Part shown: one piece after another, positions 62,442 to 64,000 of the stretch | Layout: every line of letters begins with the position of its first letter | Position numbering within the stretch: position 1 is the stretch's first letter | Notes under the pieces: model-generated | What the model saw: only the letters and a program-made list of their open reading frames with translations | Database searches by the model: none | Told to the model about the DNA's origin: nothing | Program-made: the position numbers and the translations under genes | Source of the DNA: a virus | Taxonomy: Duplodnaviria; Caudoviricetes | Reading direction: 5' to 3' (one strand) | IMG/VR virus record: IMGVR_UViG_3300044656_000027 | Span: 47,290 to 111,289 of that record | Length of the DNA: 64,000 nt

Positions 62442-63371
62442 TTAGACAGCCTTACCGTTTACGTTAACTGTAGCTGTAATAGCTGTGCTGGCAACGGCCT
62501 TTTCGACGGCTGCGGATAGCTCAGATACAACCGCAGGGTCTAGCTTGCCCAAAACGCCTGCTAGCTCGCTTTGTAGGCTGTTTACCACGTTTTGAATCTG
62601 AGTGTTGGCAACAGTAATTGGCTTTCCGCTGAATACGTCAACGAGCCAGTATAGGTTAGCGAAAGCAAGCTCATCACGAACTGCCTGTGAAGAGACAGCC
62701 TTCACTACCTCAGAATTGATGATGGTGCGCAGTTGCGCCTCTGTGTATGGCAAGTCATCCTCCACTGGTGGTGGTGTTGGGTTGGTCTTATTGAAAGAGT
62801 TGATCCAAGACTTTAGATCAGCTACAGAACTGAAATTACCATAATCCTTGTCTACCGGATCAGCGGAATACTGGTGGAACTTCCATGGAGCCTTGATACC
62901 AGGATCTCCAGCAGCTCTACCAGCGGTAGCAATCCACAGGAAATCTCCAGCGTGCCCAGTTGTATCTACGTTGTACCAATAATCGGTATTGCAGTACATT
63001 CCAACTGGATTGTTAGGGAATTCCTTCTTCATAAGAGTAAGGAATTGCTCCTTGTAAGCAAGCTTCTCCGCATTGGAAAGGCCAGCATTGTTACTATCGT
63101 AACCTTCCCAGTCCAGAACGATCATCTCGCCTGGCTGAATCTGTGCGTGCGTCTTGAAGTAGTCAATCTCTCCAGGAACACTATTGTGCATGTGAGGGTA
63201 GTGGTACTTTCCAATAGCTGCGCCAGCCTTTAATGCGTCAGCCTTCTGTGACTGCCAATAAGGATTGACGTAAGACTCACCCTCAGTGATCTTTAAGAAT
63301 ACAAATGCAAGACCAGCAGCAGGAGGATATGTCCCCTGGAAGCTAGCCCAGTCTTGCCCATAAACTCCCAT
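62442..63371 (-). CDS. Endolysin, GH25 muramidase
   Basis: GQDWASFQ, FVFLKITEG, YVNP, YHY, LDWE, LWIA, WKFHQY. Confidence 0.9.
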   Translation of the reverse strand: MGVYGQDWASFQGTYPPAAGLAFVFLKITEGESYVNPYWQSQKADALKAGAAIGKYHYPHMHNSVPGEIDYFKTHAQIQPGEMIVLDWEGYDSNNAGLSNAEKLAYKEQFLTLMKKEFPNNPVGMYCNTDYWYNVDTTGHAGDFLWIATAGRAAGDPGIKAPWKFHQYSADPVDKDYGNFSSVADLKSWINSFNKTNPTPPPVEDDLPYTEAQLRTIINSEVVKAVSSQAVRDELAFANLYWLVDVFSGKPITVANTQIQNVVNSLQSELAGVLGKLDPAVVSELSAAVEKAVASTAITATVNVNGKAV

Positions 63372-63722
63372 TTACTTCCCCTTAAGGTTTAACTGCTGTG
63401 CGATCTGCTGGTTCTGATATGCCTGCTGCATGGCGTGTGCCTGCTGCTGCATCATGGAGACAGTCTGGAAGGCTGTAATCTGTGCCTGTGCGCCTGTCTG
63501 GATGGCCGCTGAACCGCCGATAATGTCATCAATGGTAGCTGCACGCTCTGGAGCCAGTTCGAAGCTGCTCCAGTCGTGTAGGGCCGTCCACTGGCCATTC
63601 GTGTCCTGAACAACAAGGAAGGCTGTTGTAACTGGTCGTCCCTCTGGCTGAGTCTCCTTGCGCTCTGCTTCTAGCGCTTCCGCAGCCTTCTTCTGACGTA
63701 GCTCTTCCAAATCAATTGTCAT
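63372..63722 (-). CDS. Hypothetical protein
   Basis: GGGAG RBS; adjacent to lysin. Confidence 0.6.
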   Translation of the reverse strand: MTIDLEELRQKKAAEALEAERKETQPEGRPVTTAFLVVQDTNGQWTALHDWSSFELAPERAATIDDIIGGSAAIQTGAQAQITAFQTVSMMQQQAHAMQQAYQNQQIAQQLNLKGK

Positions 63723-63909
63723 TCTTATTGTTCTCCCGGTTTAGTTTCTTATGAATTGCCATGTGGCTAACAGCCATGGGGTAAGCCCAAACAGCAGACG
63801 CTTCTAAGTTGCCTTGTATATCTGCTGTGCGAAAGAATATCAGATAAAGACAATATAGTCCATAGATAATATCTATCGCCAGGGCACTCTTGGAAGCATA
63901 TCTCTTCAT
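63712..63909 (-). CDS. Small membrane protein
   Basis: Hydrophobic segment; coupled. Confidence 0.45.
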   Translation of the reverse strand: MKRYASKSALAIDIIYGLYCLYLIFFRTADIQGNLEASAVWAYPMAVSHMAIHKKLNRENNKNDN

Positions 63910-64000
63910 TACTTTCCTAGCTCTGTACGAACACTCTGATGGTACGGGCAGTATTCACAGATGAAAGACTTACGAATCTTTGTCTCGTCGTATGTAGGCA

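Overview
A 64-kb segment of a large, apparently lytic myovirus of an actinomycete, most likely Streptomyces or a relative. Host clues are DasR-like operators, HrdB-type promoters, an Rv2179c-like RNase and a GH25 lysin; the gene order resembles the large actinobacterial myoviruses. Layout: (1) 1-20.2 kb, minus strand: virion operon with terminase, portal, scaffold, N4-gp56-type major capsid, head-tail genes, two beta-helix fibres, sheath, T4-gp19-type tube, chaperones and the start of the tape measure. (2) 21-25.9 kb: KTSC, MazG-like, metallophosphoesterase, Rnl1-type RNA ligase and HNH genes. (3) 25.9-37 kb: a translation island with 31 near-canonical tRNAs covering all 20 amino acids, including Leu-UAA and Ile-UAU. 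It also holds several atypical tRNA-like RNAs, an 80-nt tmRNA reduced to its tRNA-like domain, a GGQ ribosome-rescue-like factor, three unannotated Zn-finger microproteins and structured spacers with anti-Shine-Dalgarno loops. (4) 38.3-42.7 kb, plus strand: small genes. (5) 43-43.9 kb: non-coding control region with iteron-like repeats, two DasR-like boxes and a G-quadruplex motif. (6) 43.9-57.3 kb: GC-richer, putative early region (possibly a terminal repeat) with a repeated RNase III-like stem. (7) 57.6-64 kb: EndoVII, TGT/DpdA-like, HAD-like, nucleotidyltransferase and endolysin genes. The most notable candidates are a translation-takeover/ribosome-rescue system and host DasR nutrient-sensing boxes. 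All calls are by eye; no searches or folding programs were run.
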